Virus record (IMG/VR): IMGVR_UViG_3300021400_000063
Strand: one strand, 5' to 3'
DNA: 64,000 bases
From: a virus
Taxonomy: Duplodnaviria > Caudoviricetes
Part shown: positions 48,135 through 58,611 of the stretch, piece by piece
How positions within the stretch are numbered: position 1 is the first letter of the stretch
Layout of the letters: every line of letters starts with the position of its first letter
The notes under the pieces: generated by a model
Told to the model about the DNA's origin: nothing
Seen by the model: the letters and a program-made list of their open reading frames with translations, nothing else
Databases searched by the model: none
Program-made: the position numbers and the translations under genes

Positions 48135-51106
48135 GTTTTGAGAACGTCTATCGCTCCGAAACCGGAGCCGCAGAAATTGAAAAGATAGCAGACTTTATTG
48201 GAAGTTTAGTTATCAAAAATAAATATGAAGCTAATAGAAAAGAAACTTCGGAATCTATAGCAAATTATTATGCATATTATGGTGCATATACTAAAACTGA
48301 TCATTTTAGTGATTATGATAAAGATGATCGAAGAAAATATAAAGAATATGTACATGTTTATTTATCTTCAGATAAATCTAAATCATATGTATATAATGAA
48401 TTAGTTTTAGATATGTTGACCGAATCTTCTTTTAAAGATTTAGAAGATAATAAAGATAAAGAACTTTATAAAGATTATTTAACAGCTTTACGAATATCTA
48501 GAGTTTATTTGTATGAAGAACGAAATGAATATTATAGACAGTTCATGGGAGTTCCAAATTCGAATGCTGAAATTGTTTATTTAATAAATATTGATAAGGG
48601 TGAAATGGGTTATAGTTTAATTGAAGATTATTCTACGCCTCCTGATCCATATACTCAATATTATTATTACAATGAAGAAGATAAATTATTTTATCCTCTT
48701 AATTTTTATTTAACAACAGGTTCATGGGCTCCAGCTTTAGCAATTCATGATAAACTTTATACAATTAATTTGGTTAAAGCTCATGATATTAATAGTACAG
48801 ATTATCCGTTGACATATTCGTATTATATACTTCAAGGTCATATTGATGAAGTAATTGAAAAATATCCTAATTATAATTATTTAAAATTTATTGGTGAATC
48901 TTATACACCATTTAAATTGAGAATGATGGGAAATTATGATATCATTAAATATAAAAAGAATATTTTATCTAATACAGAATTGACTTATTTTTTCAAAGCA
49001 TATAATAAAGCTAAAACTCAAGTTTTACTCGATTATATAGATGGATTTGATAGTAAACAACCATTGTATAATATTCTTATGATTGAAAATCTTTTGTATT
49101 ATACGATTATCAATTATTCAAATTCGTATATTGAAAAATATTCTTTAGGTATTTATACTGAAAAGAATCTTAATGATATTCTTAATTCACATGGATATTC
49201 TTCTTTAACTAAAATTAGTGATATAAACTTAAAAGAACGTGTTGTTAAAAATCTAAATGATTTGATTGCTAATAAAGGAAATAACTACGTTCTTAATCTT
49301 ATTCTTGAAAAAATTCTTGAAGATCCTAATGTACAATTAAAACGTTATTATCTTGAAAAGAAATATAGAACTGATGATGATGCTTCTATAAGTATTGATA
49401 CATCTAGAGGTTTGGAAAATTCTATAGATTTAGTATTTAGAGAAGTTTCTGCTACAGATGTAAATACTAAAACATCTGAAGATGTTATTCATGATTATGA
49501 TATTTTTGTTAATGAAGATAAATTATGGGGCGGCTGGTCTGAAGACGATACCAATGATTCAAAAGCTAGTAAAAAAGAAGTTCTTAAAAAAGAATTACTT
49601 GCATTGAACTTTAACTCAATCTTAACACGCTATATCACATTAACAAGAACTGTAGATATTTTGGAATCACAACGTCAAATTAGAGATTTACTTTATTTGA
49701 TGTTAAAATTCTTTGATCAAAATGATTCTCCAGAATTTTTTGAAATTAAAACGGCTTTTAATTCTAATATATCTGTTCCACCAGCCGCATTATTTGGTGC
49801 AATGTGTTGGTTACAACAAATGAAGAATTATTCAAATCCTGATGTCATTATTAAGGATAATTGTGTTATAAATTCTACAGCAGTTTTTAGACAACTTGGA
49901 AGATTTGCTCTAGAAAAAACTTCATTTGAGAATAAAGTTATTGTAGACGGTCGAGTTGTAACACAATATGATATTTCTCCAGAAATTGCAACTTGGAAAG
50001 TTGTAGATTTTATTAAAGAAAATCAAGAAGATTTTAAAGATTTCTTTGTTGGAGTTGATGGTGAAAGGATTGAAACTGTAAGGATTAAAGATATTGTATC
50101 ATTGGATAAAATTCCAGCTGATGGATATAAACATCTCGATGTAGATGATGAAGATCTTTCAGATTATATGACTATATACAGATTCTATTCTAATGGACAA
50201 CAGCTTGGTGAATTCACAAGTGATACTACATTTGAAGAATTGGTAGATGACTATAAAAATCAATATCCTAATCTTCTAAAACGCATTACTTGGAAATTAA
50301 GAAATTCTTATGATTTTAGAGAATTCCAAGCCTGGACTTATATTCTTAATCAATCTAGAACTAATAATAGTATTTATTTCATTTTTAGAAATTGTACCAC
50401 ATTTACTGAATATTTAACTAGTTTAGAAGCTGATAAACTTAAAGTTTATATACTTGACAAATTAGGAAATAATCCTACTAATGTAGAAATAACAAAGTTA
50501 CAAAATGAAATTATCGATGTATTTAAGCAATGGGTAAACAATTCGTTTTCAAAATTAGTATATGAAGCTGAAAATTCAGATACATCTGGTTCATCTTCAG
50601 ATTATATCAATGATATGATCATTTTGTTTAATGAATTCTTATCGGTATTCTCAGAACTTTATTCCATCGATTATCGTTATACATTTGGTGATAAATCTTA
50701 TGAAGGTTTGGATATTCAATTATTCTATAATCCGATTAATGTTTGGCAAACGTATAACCCGGTTGATAAAATTGAATTACGCGAATATATTAAATCTTCT
50801 ATGAATGTAGATTTAGATAGTGATAAATTTGAATTATTATATACATACTATTTAAATGCTTTCAATATTATTTACGATAATATAAATAATGATATGAAGA
50901 TTGAAAATTCAACAATTCAATATATAGATGACCAATTTAAATATGATCCAATATTAACACAATGTACTTGTAAAATATTAGATTTATTTGAAATGAGACA
51001 TCAATTATCTATAAATATTAAATCGTCTGTTACCGATTCGATAAGTTTATCGGATGGTAAATTAACGATTGAAACTTCTACAGGAGAAACTAAAAATTAT
51101 GCGTAA
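48131..51106 (+). CDS. Probable baseplate/virion structural protein
   Basis: 991 aa; YEERNEYYRQFMGVP and NLNDLIANKG recall jumbo-phage baseplate proteins; late operon. Confidence 0.55.
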   Translation: MSFENVYRSETGAAEIEKIADFIGSLVIKNKYEANRKETSESIANYYAYYGAYTKTDHFSDYDKDDRRKYKEYVHVYLSSDKSKSYVYNELVLDMLTESSFKDLEDNKDKELYKDYLTALRISRVYLYEERNEYYRQFMGVPNSNAEIVYLINIDKGEMGYSLIEDYSTPPDPYTQYYYYNEEDKLFYPLNFYLTTGSWAPALAIHDKLYTINLVKAHDINSTDYPLTYSYYILQGHIDEVIEKYPNYNYLKFIGESYTPFKLRMMGNYDIIKYKKNILSNTELTYFFKAYNKAKTQVLLDYIDGFDSKQPLYNILMIENLLYYTIINYSNSYIEKYSLGIYTEKNLNDILNSHGYSSLTKISDINLKERVVKNLNDLIANKGNNYVLNLILEKILEDPNVQLKRYYLEKKYRTDDDASISIDTSRGLENSIDLVFREVSATDVNTKTSEDVIHDYDIFVNEDKLWGGWSEDDTNDSKASKKEVLKKELLALNFNSILTRYITLTRTVDILESQRQIRDLLYLMLKFFDQNDSPEFFEIKTAFNSNISVPPAALFGAMCWLQQMKNYSNPDVIIKDNCVINSTAVFRQLGRFALEKTSFENKVIVDGRVVTQYDISPEIATWKVVDFIKENQEDFKDFFVGVDGERIETVRIKDIVSLDKIPADGYKHLDVDDEDLSDYMTIYRFYSNGQQLGEFTSDTTFEELVDDYKNQYPNLLKRITWKLRNSYDFREFQAWTYILNQSRTNNSIYFIFRNCTTFTEYLTSLEADKLKVYILDKLGNNPTNVEITKLQNEIIDVFKQWVNNSFSKLVYEAENSDTSGSSSDYINDMIILFNEFLSVFSELYSIDYRYTFGDKSYEGLDIQLFYNPINVWQTYNPVDKIELREYIKSSMNVDLDSDKFELLYTYYLNAFNIIYDNINNDMKIENSTIQYIDDQFKYDPILTQCTCKILDLFEMRHQLSINIKSSVTDSISLSDGKLTIETSTGETKNYA

Positions 51107-52109
51107 AATTGTTAAAATATCTGATGGATTAATTACTCCAGATGATTTAGATATTAAACAGAATCAAACAGGTTTTGATACATGTGTTGTTATTACTGCT
51201 AAAAACTGTAAAAGTGAAGGATCACAGGAAATTAAAGTTTGTAAAAACAAAACTGTTCTTTTAGGACGTACAAAGTTACTAGAAGATAATTTCCCTATTA
51301 AACCAGATATGTCTCAACATTTGTTCATTAATAGCAATGTTCTTGGTGAATATGATCCTGCTACTGGAGATTCAGTTCCAACAGTTGTAGCTCATAATGA
51401 TAGATTACCTTCTGATCTTTTTAGAAGAAGAAAGGTAGAATATTGGTGTGCTGGTGATGGTGCTATTAATGGAACAGTTTATAATACTTCATGGCCTCCT
51501 CATTCTACAGACAATAAACTTTATAATATGATTCCTTTCCGCTTTATTCCAGTAAGCGATACACTTCCTAATGATATTAGAAGTCAGTATAAGATGGAAA
51601 TTGTTTATCCATCAAATTCAAGATTTGCTGGTTGGAAAGGTTATTATTTCAAGAAAATCAACTTCAGTGATACTGATGGTATTCAAATGATGGTTGATGG
51701 AAAACCTTATACTCCGATGTGGGCTGATACCGCTAAAGATCCAAATGCTGAAACTGTTGGCGGTTATGTTAACTCATTTAAAGGTGACAAAGTTCAAACT
51801 AACTACATCGATATGGGTATGAAGATTAGTGCTGAAGAATTTAAAGAGTGGTTTACATTCATTGATAAATCACTCGAAAATGCAAGTATTTCTGAAATCG
51901 GTCTTATTATCGGTTTAGATGCTTTCAAAGATAGTGATGACGTTCTTACTCCAGTTGAAGATTTGTCAGAATCAACAGCTAACTTATCTAACATTAAATT
52001 GAATTCAGAAATCTATGATGCAGAGTTGTTTGCACACTTAACATTTGACCCTTATTCGGTTGCTCGCGATAACTCAACTATAGATTTCCAATACAGAATT
52101 TATTCATAA
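51099..52109 (+). CDS. Probable baseplate/tail protein (start revised to MRKIVK)
   Basis: NKTVLLGR, IPFR, YYFKK, ISEIGL, LFAHLTF, C-terminal YRIYS pattern. Confidence 0.55.
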   Translation: MRKIVKISDGLITPDDLDIKQNQTGFDTCVVITAKNCKSEGSQEIKVCKNKTVLLGRTKLLEDNFPIKPDMSQHLFINSNVLGEYDPATGDSVPTVVAHNDRLPSDLFRRRKVEYWCAGDGAINGTVYNTSWPPHSTDNKLYNMIPFRFIPVSDTLPNDIRSQYKMEIVYPSNSRFAGWKGYYFKKINFSDTDGIQMMVDGKPYTPMWADTAKDPNAETVGGYVNSFKGDKVQTNYIDMGMKISAEEFKEWFTFIDKSLENASISEIGLIIGLDAFKDSDDVLTPVEDLSESTANLSNIKLNSEIYDAELFAHLTFDPYSVARDNSTIDFQYRIYS

Positions 52110-52228
52110 ATTAAAACTAATTGCTCTGCTTTTGCATATATGTCTTTTGAGTCCGTTTCTTTGTGTAACGTACTTTTTTTGTCATGTTAAACTCCTACTT
52201 TTGCCTGAATAAGTCGTACTTATTTATT

Positions 52229-52263
52229 GATACAGAGGGTCGAACCCTCTGTATCTTTATTTT
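52229..52263 (+). terminator. Intrinsic terminator
   Basis: gatacagaggg-tcgaa-ccctctgtatc followed by T-rich tail. Confidence 0.8.
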
Positions 52264-52293
52264 GCAAATAAAATCTTTTTTTTTATATATTAT
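52262..52293 (+). promoter_or_regulatory. Early-type promoter TTGCAA-N18-TATATTAT
   Basis: Conserved motif and spacing. Confidence 0.65.
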
Positions 52294-52379
52294 TATAATG
52301 AATAAGATATTAGATTGACTTCACTTATTAAAAAAAAGAAAATCCTATAAATTTTTAATAGCCATAAGGGGGTAAGAAA

Positions 52380-52901
52380 ATGGCAAAAGTATCTTATGTT
52401 ATTTCAAAGAATTCTTCAGGAAATGGAAAATCAAATTTCCATTTCGATGGTAATGCTGGATCTGGAAAATGGTTCAGTAAGATCTTTAACAATGGAAAAG
52501 AAGAACATTCTTCCGATCCAAATGAGATCACTGATCTTCTTTCTAAGCTTGTAGTAGATGGAGACTATTCCATCTCTAGAAACTCAGAAACTCGTATTGA
52601 GTTCGAAGGATCTACTGAAGAAATTAAGGAATTTGCAACCTGGTCAATTAACCAGGTAAAGGCTGAAGCTGGAACCCTTAAGGAACTTGCAGCATTTTTG
52701 AAAGAATACTGCAGAGCAATCGTAGATATGTTCAAAGGTATCTTCGGATACACTGAGCATGTTGAAGAAATTCAGTCAGAACGTGATAAGTTCGAAGCTG
52801 AAAATTTAAGACTCACAAAGGAGATGGATGATCTTCGTGAGAGCTTAAAGAAAACTACAGCAGCTAAAAAAGGAAATGCTACTGATTCTAAAAATCAGTA
52901 A
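52380..52901 (+). CDS. Early hypothetical protein with C-terminal coiled coil
   Basis: Own promoter, SD and terminator (52922-52959). Confidence 0.8.
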   Translation: MAKVSYVISKNSSGNGKSNFHFDGNAGSGKWFSKIFNNGKEEHSSDPNEITDLLSKLVVDGDYSISRNSETRIEFEGSTEEIKEFATWSINQVKAEAGTLKELAAFLKEYCRAIVDMFKGIFGYTEHVEEIQSERDKFEAENLRLTKEMDDLRESLKKTTAAKKGNATDSKNQ

Positions 52902-52967
52902 TTCTTGATTAGCAGTTGAAAAAAGGAGGTGGGTCTTAAATGACTCATCTTCTTTTTTTCTAAAAAT

Positions 52968-52981
52968 GACATTTGAATATA
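52968..52981 (+). promoter_or_regulatory. Late-type promoter GACA-N6-TATA
   Basis: GACA tttgaa TATA. Confidence 0.6.
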
Positions 52982-53005
52982 ACTATTTGATAAAGAGGTT
53001 GTCTT

Positions 53006-54283
53006 ATGAATGCTGTAGATAACTATGGTGTATATAGAAAACTTGAATGGGATAAAATAAAAGACGATATTTTAAAACTTGCAGACCCTAAAAATGTTAC
53101 TCGTTCTTTTTTAACTGAATTATTTTCTCGCGGAGCACAGACTCAAGATGAAGATGGTAATATTACTATGAGCCCCGCAAAATATAATGTGACTGATTAT
53201 TTCGATTTACCAGCAAATATTCTTTTAAATCAACCTAAAGCTATTAAAGATACAACTATTGGAGTTTTTATTTTTAATGCATTTATTATAGCAAATGCTT
53301 TTGGTAATAAGTTTGAATATATGAATGTAACAATGGGTAAAGATAATTTTGGTAAACTTAATTCTAAATTAGGCATGCTTCTTATGGAAGGTAAAATATC
53401 AGTTGATGAATTCGCAGTTTATCAAAATACTGTATGTTGGATGGGATATAATACTGAAATTTTTACACCTGGTGTATCAGCAGCATTAATTATTCCTAAT
53501 CCAGAAGTTAAGAAATTAAAAGAACAGTTGCTCAAAGAACATCCAGAATTTCTTAAGAATGAAGTTATTGATAATAACGTTATTGCTAATTATAAAAAAT
53601 TAATCGAAGACCCATTAGTAAATAAAGCTAAAGAAGAATTAGGAAAAGATCCATCGTTCCGACTCTATGAAGTTAAGAAACCTAATTTTGGTAATAACTA
53701 TAAGAACTCTGTTATTGAAAATGGTCCTATGATGGATTTAACAACTGGTAAATTCCGTATTAATAATAATGCATTTAATGATGGAATTACTCCTGAAAAC
53801 TTTGACCTTATTGCAAATAAAGCTTTGTATGCTTCATATTCTCGTGGTGTTAATACTGCTAAAGGTGGTACATTTGCTAAATATACAAACGGTATGATGC
53901 AAACTGTAATACTTGATGTTAAAGGATCAGATTGTGGTTCACATGGCTATTTAACTTATGATGTTGAAAAAGGAAATTGGCAAAGTATTTTATTTAGATA
54001 CGCATTGATTAATGGTAAAGAAGTTAGATTAACATCTGATATATTACAACAGTTAATTGGTAAAACAATTAAAATTCGTACACCTTTATATTGTAAAGGG
54101 AAGAAAGCCGTATGTAATAAATGTGCTGGAGATTCATTTTATATAATGAATATTAAGAATATTGGATTAACATCTAGTATTCCAATGAATGCTTCTCTTA
54201 ATAAATCTATGAAAAAGATGCACGATTTAACTATCAAAACATACCCTGCAAATATGAAGAAATTTATTCAATTTGATTCATAA
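53006..54283 (+). CDS. Phage RNA polymerase beta' subunit, C-terminal part (probably virion RNAP, phiKZ gp80-like)
   Basis: Bridge helix SRGVNTAKGG, DCGS, IRTPLYC...VCNKCAG Zn site, trigger-loop-like SMKKMH; late-type promoter; terminator 54288-54319. Confidence 0.85.
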   Translation: MNAVDNYGVYRKLEWDKIKDDILKLADPKNVTRSFLTELFSRGAQTQDEDGNITMSPAKYNVTDYFDLPANILLNQPKAIKDTTIGVFIFNAFIIANAFGNKFEYMNVTMGKDNFGKLNSKLGMLLMEGKISVDEFAVYQNTVCWMGYNTEIFTPGVSAALIIPNPEVKKLKEQLLKEHPEFLKNEVIDNNVIANYKKLIEDPLVNKAKEELGKDPSFRLYEVKKPNFGNNYKNSVIENGPMMDLTTGKFRINNNAFNDGITPENFDLIANKALYASYSRGVNTAKGGTFAKYTNGMMQTVILDVKGSDCGSHGYLTYDVEKGNWQSILFRYALINGKEVRLTSDILQQLIGKTIKIRTPLYCKGKKAVCNKCAGDSFYIMNIKNIGLTSSIPMNASLNKSMKKMHDLTIKTYPANMKKFIQFDS

Positions 54284-54362
54284 AATATAAAAGAGAGGGT
54301 TAAAATCCTCTCTTTTTTTATATTAATCGATACATACATATATACTTTAAAAGGAGAAATTT

Positions 54363-54659
54363 ATGAATATATTTCTTAAAATATACATCATAGTAATGGC
54401 TTCATTTGGTACAATTATTACATTATGGTTATTTTTAGGTTTAATATATATGATCTTTAAAAACGTTAAAGTTCGTAAAGAAACTAAAAAACAACTAACA
54501 GAATTTAAAGAAGCTATTGCTAAATCTGGTATGGGTAAAGATCTTAATAGACCTTTAACAGAAGATGAAAAAGAACTTCTTAAGAAAACTGGTAAATTAG
54601 AATTTACTGAAACTTTAGATATGGAAACACTTAATGTAAAGAAAGAGGTTAAAAATTAA
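54363..54659 (+). CDS. Single-TM membrane protein
   Basis: Hydrophobic N-terminus; AAGGAG SD. Confidence 0.7.
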   Translation: MNIFLKIYIIVMASFGTIITLWLFLGLIYMIFKNVKVRKETKKQLTEFKEAIAKSGMGKDLNRPLTEDEKELLKKTGKLEFTETLDMETLNVKKEVKN

Positions 54660-54868
54660 TGTCTAAATTTACAAGTGAAAATGCTTTTGATAAATATAAT
54701 GATTTCGATAATATTTGTAATAATTCTTTGAAAAAATCTAATGGTTTAACAGATTTTTTAAAAGTTACAACTTCAAATGGCGATTCAGATGTCTATGACG
54801 GTAAAGGGAATAGATTATCTTTTAAAAATGAAAAAGAAATGTATAACGAATTATGTTTTAGAACATAA
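54659..54868 (+). CDS. Small hypothetical protein
   Basis: Coupled TAATG overlap, GAGG SD. Confidence 0.6.
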   Translation: MSKFTSENAFDKYNDFDNICNNSLKKSNGLTDFLKVTTSNGDSDVYDGKGNRLSFKNEKEMYNELCFRT

Positions 54869-54922
54869 AATCAATTATATATTTTTACAATAATTAAGAC
54901 TGAGAAAAGGTAGGTAAGTAAG

Positions 54923-57340
54923 ATGGCTAAACGTAAAATTCCAAAGAACGTTTTAGGTTTCAACATTCCTGAAGATTTTGAAGAAAAATATGATAAACAA
55001 GAAATGTATAAAACTATTATACAAAATAAGAAAATATATGCAATTACAACTTTTGCACGTGCTGTACCATATGAAAAAGATGGTTTGATTGATATTTATC
55101 GTAGAAGTCTTTGGGATATGATTTTTAATGATAATAGACATAATAAACCATATTGTAAATCAGCAGAAATTGTCGGTGGTATTCTTGGTAAATGGCACCC
55201 TCATGGAGATGCTTCAGCTTATCAGGCAATGGTTACATTAGCAAAAGATTTTACAAATAACTATCCATTAATAGATGGTGCTGGTAACTGGTCTAAAGTA
55301 ACTGGTGACCCTGCAGCGGCTGCACGTTATACAGAATGCCGTCTTAGTAAATTCTTTGATGACGTTTGTGAAGATATTCGTCCAGAATGTGTAGACTTTC
55401 AGCCAAATTATAATGCTAAATATCAGGAACCTTGTTATATCCCATTTAAGATTCCTATGTTACTTGTAAATGGTTCATATGGAATTGCTGATTCTTATAT
55501 GACTTCCGTAATGCCTCATAACTTAAATGATGTTGTAGAAGTATGTAAGAAATATATCAGAGATAAATCTATTGATTTGATTGAACTCTGTGAAGATTTT
55601 TATCCAGATTGTCCTAATTACGGAATTATCACAAATGCTGAAGAAATTGAAGCTTGTTATAAATTAGGACTTCCAGCAAATGTAAAGATGAAAGCAACTC
55701 TTGAAATTAATAGGGAAGAAAATACGATCGTAATTAAAGATCTTCCTTATGGAATGACAGAATTGGATGTTTTAAATGCTTTGAAAACTCAAAACGAAAA
55801 GAAACATGCTGTTCTTAGTAAAGTTATTAAACTTATCGAAATGAAAACAGAAAGAGAAGGTGAACTTCATATTGAGTATGATGTTGAATTCGATAAGAGC
55901 GCTAACATTCTTGAAGTTGCTAGAGATCTTGAAAAATATTGTCTTTGTAAAACTGTTCCATGTTCAATGATTGAATTCGACGGTTCATTTGTTCATAATG
56001 TTTCTATTAAGAAAATCATTGAAAAATGGTATGAAACATTATATACAACGAAGACACGAAAAATTCAGTATCAGTATAATAATATTGCTACTAGAAAACA
56101 TATTATCGAAGGTATGATTAAGATTTATGATCATATTGACGAATATATTAATTTCGTAAAAACATCTTCTGGTCAGGAAGATTGTATCAGATATCTTACA
56201 AATAAACATGGACTTACTGATATCCAGTCTAAAGCTATTACAGAAATGCAGAGTTATAAGTTTAGTAAACTTTCTAAACAAACACTTATTGATCAAGTAG
56301 CAGAGCTTCAGACAAAACTCGATGAACTTGATGGAAAACTTCTTGTAATAGATGATGAAATTATTGCTGATCTTGATAAAATTAAAGCAGCTTATGGACG
56401 TCCTAGAAGAACATTAGTACAGGATAATGATGAATTTGATGAAGCAAAATCATCAACAATTCCAATGTCTAATGGTGCTGTAATTTGGACAAGAAATCAA
56501 TATTCAATCTTTGATTTAAATGGTTTACTTAATAGTAAAAATCTCATTAATGGATTACGTTCTGTTAAAGTTGATGGTAAAGCTGTAAAAGAAATTATAG
56601 GTTTGAATAATGTTAATTCGGATCTTAATTCAATTATTATGTTTACAAATGATGGAGCAGCTAAACGTATTGATGTTTCTGAAATTGTTGGTACTAATAG
56701 TTGGATTACAATTTCTGATGAGCCTATTATTAAATCAGTTATTCCTGTATCATCTGAAGATGAAAAAATCATTATCGTATCTGATGATTCTAAGATTCGT
56801 ATAACAACAGTAGATCAGTTTGGTAAACAATCTGTAAAGGTTGGAGGAGTTGCTCTCGCTCAGAAATTAAATCCAAATTGTGATTATGTAATCTTTATGA
56901 ATTCTAAAGGTGCTTATCATCTTATTAAGATTTCGGATATACCTGAACTTGGAAGATCTGCAAGTGGCGTAATGATTGATTTCAATGATGATGTTAAAAA
57001 TGTTGAAATGGTTCAGATTGAAAGAGATTCTGATGAAATGCTTATTTGTAGTGTAGTAGATACATCTGATGGATCTACATATGTTATGAAAGGTGAACAG
57101 AGTCTTCTTGAAGATACTAACCGTGTTAATAAACCTAAGAAGTTATTCGAATTGGATAACAATTTTAAAGTTACAAATGTAAATAAAATTGATATATCTG
57201 ATAAGAATATGAAAAATCTTCTTATTGGTAAAAACAACACCGCTACTTTAGCTAATCTAACAGTTCGTCTGTCAGATATGGGTAAGGTTCCTAAGAAAGT
57301 ATCAACTGATACAGTTGGTATTGTTAGTTATAATCTATAA
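54923..57340 (+). CDS. gyrA: Type IIA topoisomerase subunit A (GyrA/ParC-like)
   Basis: RAVP..DGL, KSAEIVG, HPHGD, AAARYTECRL (catalytic Tyr), LLVNGSYGIA, PHNL, pinwheel GRSASGV; terminator 57347-57380. Confidence 0.9.
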   Translation: MAKRKIPKNVLGFNIPEDFEEKYDKQEMYKTIIQNKKIYAITTFARAVPYEKDGLIDIYRRSLWDMIFNDNRHNKPYCKSAEIVGGILGKWHPHGDASAYQAMVTLAKDFTNNYPLIDGAGNWSKVTGDPAAAARYTECRLSKFFDDVCEDIRPECVDFQPNYNAKYQEPCYIPFKIPMLLVNGSYGIADSYMTSVMPHNLNDVVEVCKKYIRDKSIDLIELCEDFYPDCPNYGIITNAEEIEACYKLGLPANVKMKATLEINREENTIVIKDLPYGMTELDVLNALKTQNEKKHAVLSKVIKLIEMKTEREGELHIEYDVEFDKSANILEVARDLEKYCLCKTVPCSMIEFDGSFVHNVSIKKIIEKWYETLYTTKTRKIQYQYNNIATRKHIIEGMIKIYDHIDEYINFVKTSSGQEDCIRYLTNKHGLTDIQSKAITEMQSYKFSKLSKQTLIDQVAELQTKLDELDGKLLVIDDEIIADLDKIKAAYGRPRRTLVQDNDEFDEAKSSTIPMSNGAVIWTRNQYSIFDLNGLLNSKNLINGLRSVKVDGKAVKEIIGLNNVNSDLNSIIMFTNDGAAKRIDVSEIVGTNSWITISDEPIIKSVIPVSSEDEKIIIVSDDSKIRITTVDQFGKQSVKVGGVALAQKLNPNCDYVIFMNSKGAYHLIKISDIPELGRSASGVMIDFNDDVKNVEMVQIERDSDEMLICSVVDTSDGSTYVMKGEQSLLEDTNRVNKPKKLFELDNNFKVTNVNKIDISDKNMKNLLIGKNNTATLANLTVRLSDMGKVPKKVSTDTVGIVSYNL

Positions 57341-57419
57341 ACGATTAAAAGATGGGAAGTATTATTCCCATCTTTTATTTATATATTTTCATAAAAATAT
57401 AGAGGAGGTTTAGTTATAT

Positions 57420-58574
57420 ATGAAATTACCATTTTGTGAGAGTGCTCCGAAGTTTGGTTCTTCGGTAAAAGATGTAGATGGTTTTAAATCATATAACAGA
57501 TTTATAGTATTGTCGTCCGTGACTTCAACTACTATTCCAAATATTCTTGAAATGTTATTTAGTTTGACGCCATTTGGTACAAGTTCTTTTGCACCAAATA
57601 CAAAAAAGACAAGAGTATTAGTTATTAATACATCAGAGGTTTATGGTTCCATTCACGGTATTGTTGATACTAGAAATAGAAATGTTTTTATTCATCATGG
57701 TGTAGCCGATTGTGATATTGAACAAATTGATGGCGATACACCTATATTGTTTACAGACATTGACTGGAATGTTATAGTTGATAAACCTGATGAAATTATG
57801 AGTGGTCCTTCTTATAAAGGATTAACAACAGTTCAATTATCATACGATATCACTTCACGAGGATATGAAATTACTCGTGAAAGTTCAAGAGATCGAGATA
57901 TTTTGATTCCTTTACCAGAATACTATGATGAAAAAGACATGATTATGCTTGGTGGAATTGAAGAATCATACGGACAGCATTTGTTCGATTTAAATGAAGA
58001 GCAGTATGATATGAGTACTGAACAGTATGTAAATTCTTTACATAAAACAACATTGAATCAGTTGATGGATGACCATACTAAAGTATATAAATTGAATATT
58101 CGTATAGAGAATCTTTCATCTAAAATAATTACAGATGTAAGTTATAATGAGCAATTGAATAATACTATTACTGAAATTTGTAGTGAACTTAAATATGGTT
58201 TGGAACATAGCGGATATTCATATGCTGAAATTATACTTAGTGGAAAACAAGGATATAATATAACTTTTGAAAAATTAAGGTCATATTTAAATTTGTCTCC
58301 TATCGAAGTCCGTGCTAATTTTATGATGTTATGTGGAGATGTTGATAGAGTTAATGAAATATACATGTGCGATCAAAATGATTATTCGTTATTAATCACA
58401 ATGGATCATGCAAATGTAAAAGTTTGTATTGTTGATTTAGCTCCAAATATTAACACATTTAATGTTAATAAAACAGATTCGAATGTTAAAGGTCTTTCAG
58501 AGCAATTAAAATTTAATAATCCTGGTTTATGTGAATTTCATGCTGCTATGGATAGAGATCATTCTACTTTTTAA
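57420..58574 (+). CDS. Hypothetical protein
   Basis: 384 aa, GAGGAGG SD, TTATATATT upstream. Confidence 0.8.
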   Translation: MKLPFCESAPKFGSSVKDVDGFKSYNRFIVLSSVTSTTIPNILEMLFSLTPFGTSSFAPNTKKTRVLVINTSEVYGSIHGIVDTRNRNVFIHHGVADCDIEQIDGDTPILFTDIDWNVIVDKPDEIMSGPSYKGLTTVQLSYDITSRGYEITRESSRDRDILIPLPEYYDEKDMIMLGGIEESYGQHLFDLNEEQYDMSTEQYVNSLHKTTLNQLMDDHTKVYKLNIRIENLSSKIITDVSYNEQLNNTITEICSELKYGLEHSGYSYAEIILSGKQGYNITFEKLRSYLNLSPIEVRANFMMLCGDVDRVNEIYMCDQNDYSLLITMDHANVKVCIVDLAPNINTFNVNKTDSNVKGLSEQLKFNNPGLCEFHAAMDRDHSTF

Positions 58575-58611
58575 ATGATTTATATATTAAGAATTTAAAG
58601 AGGAGTAAAAT

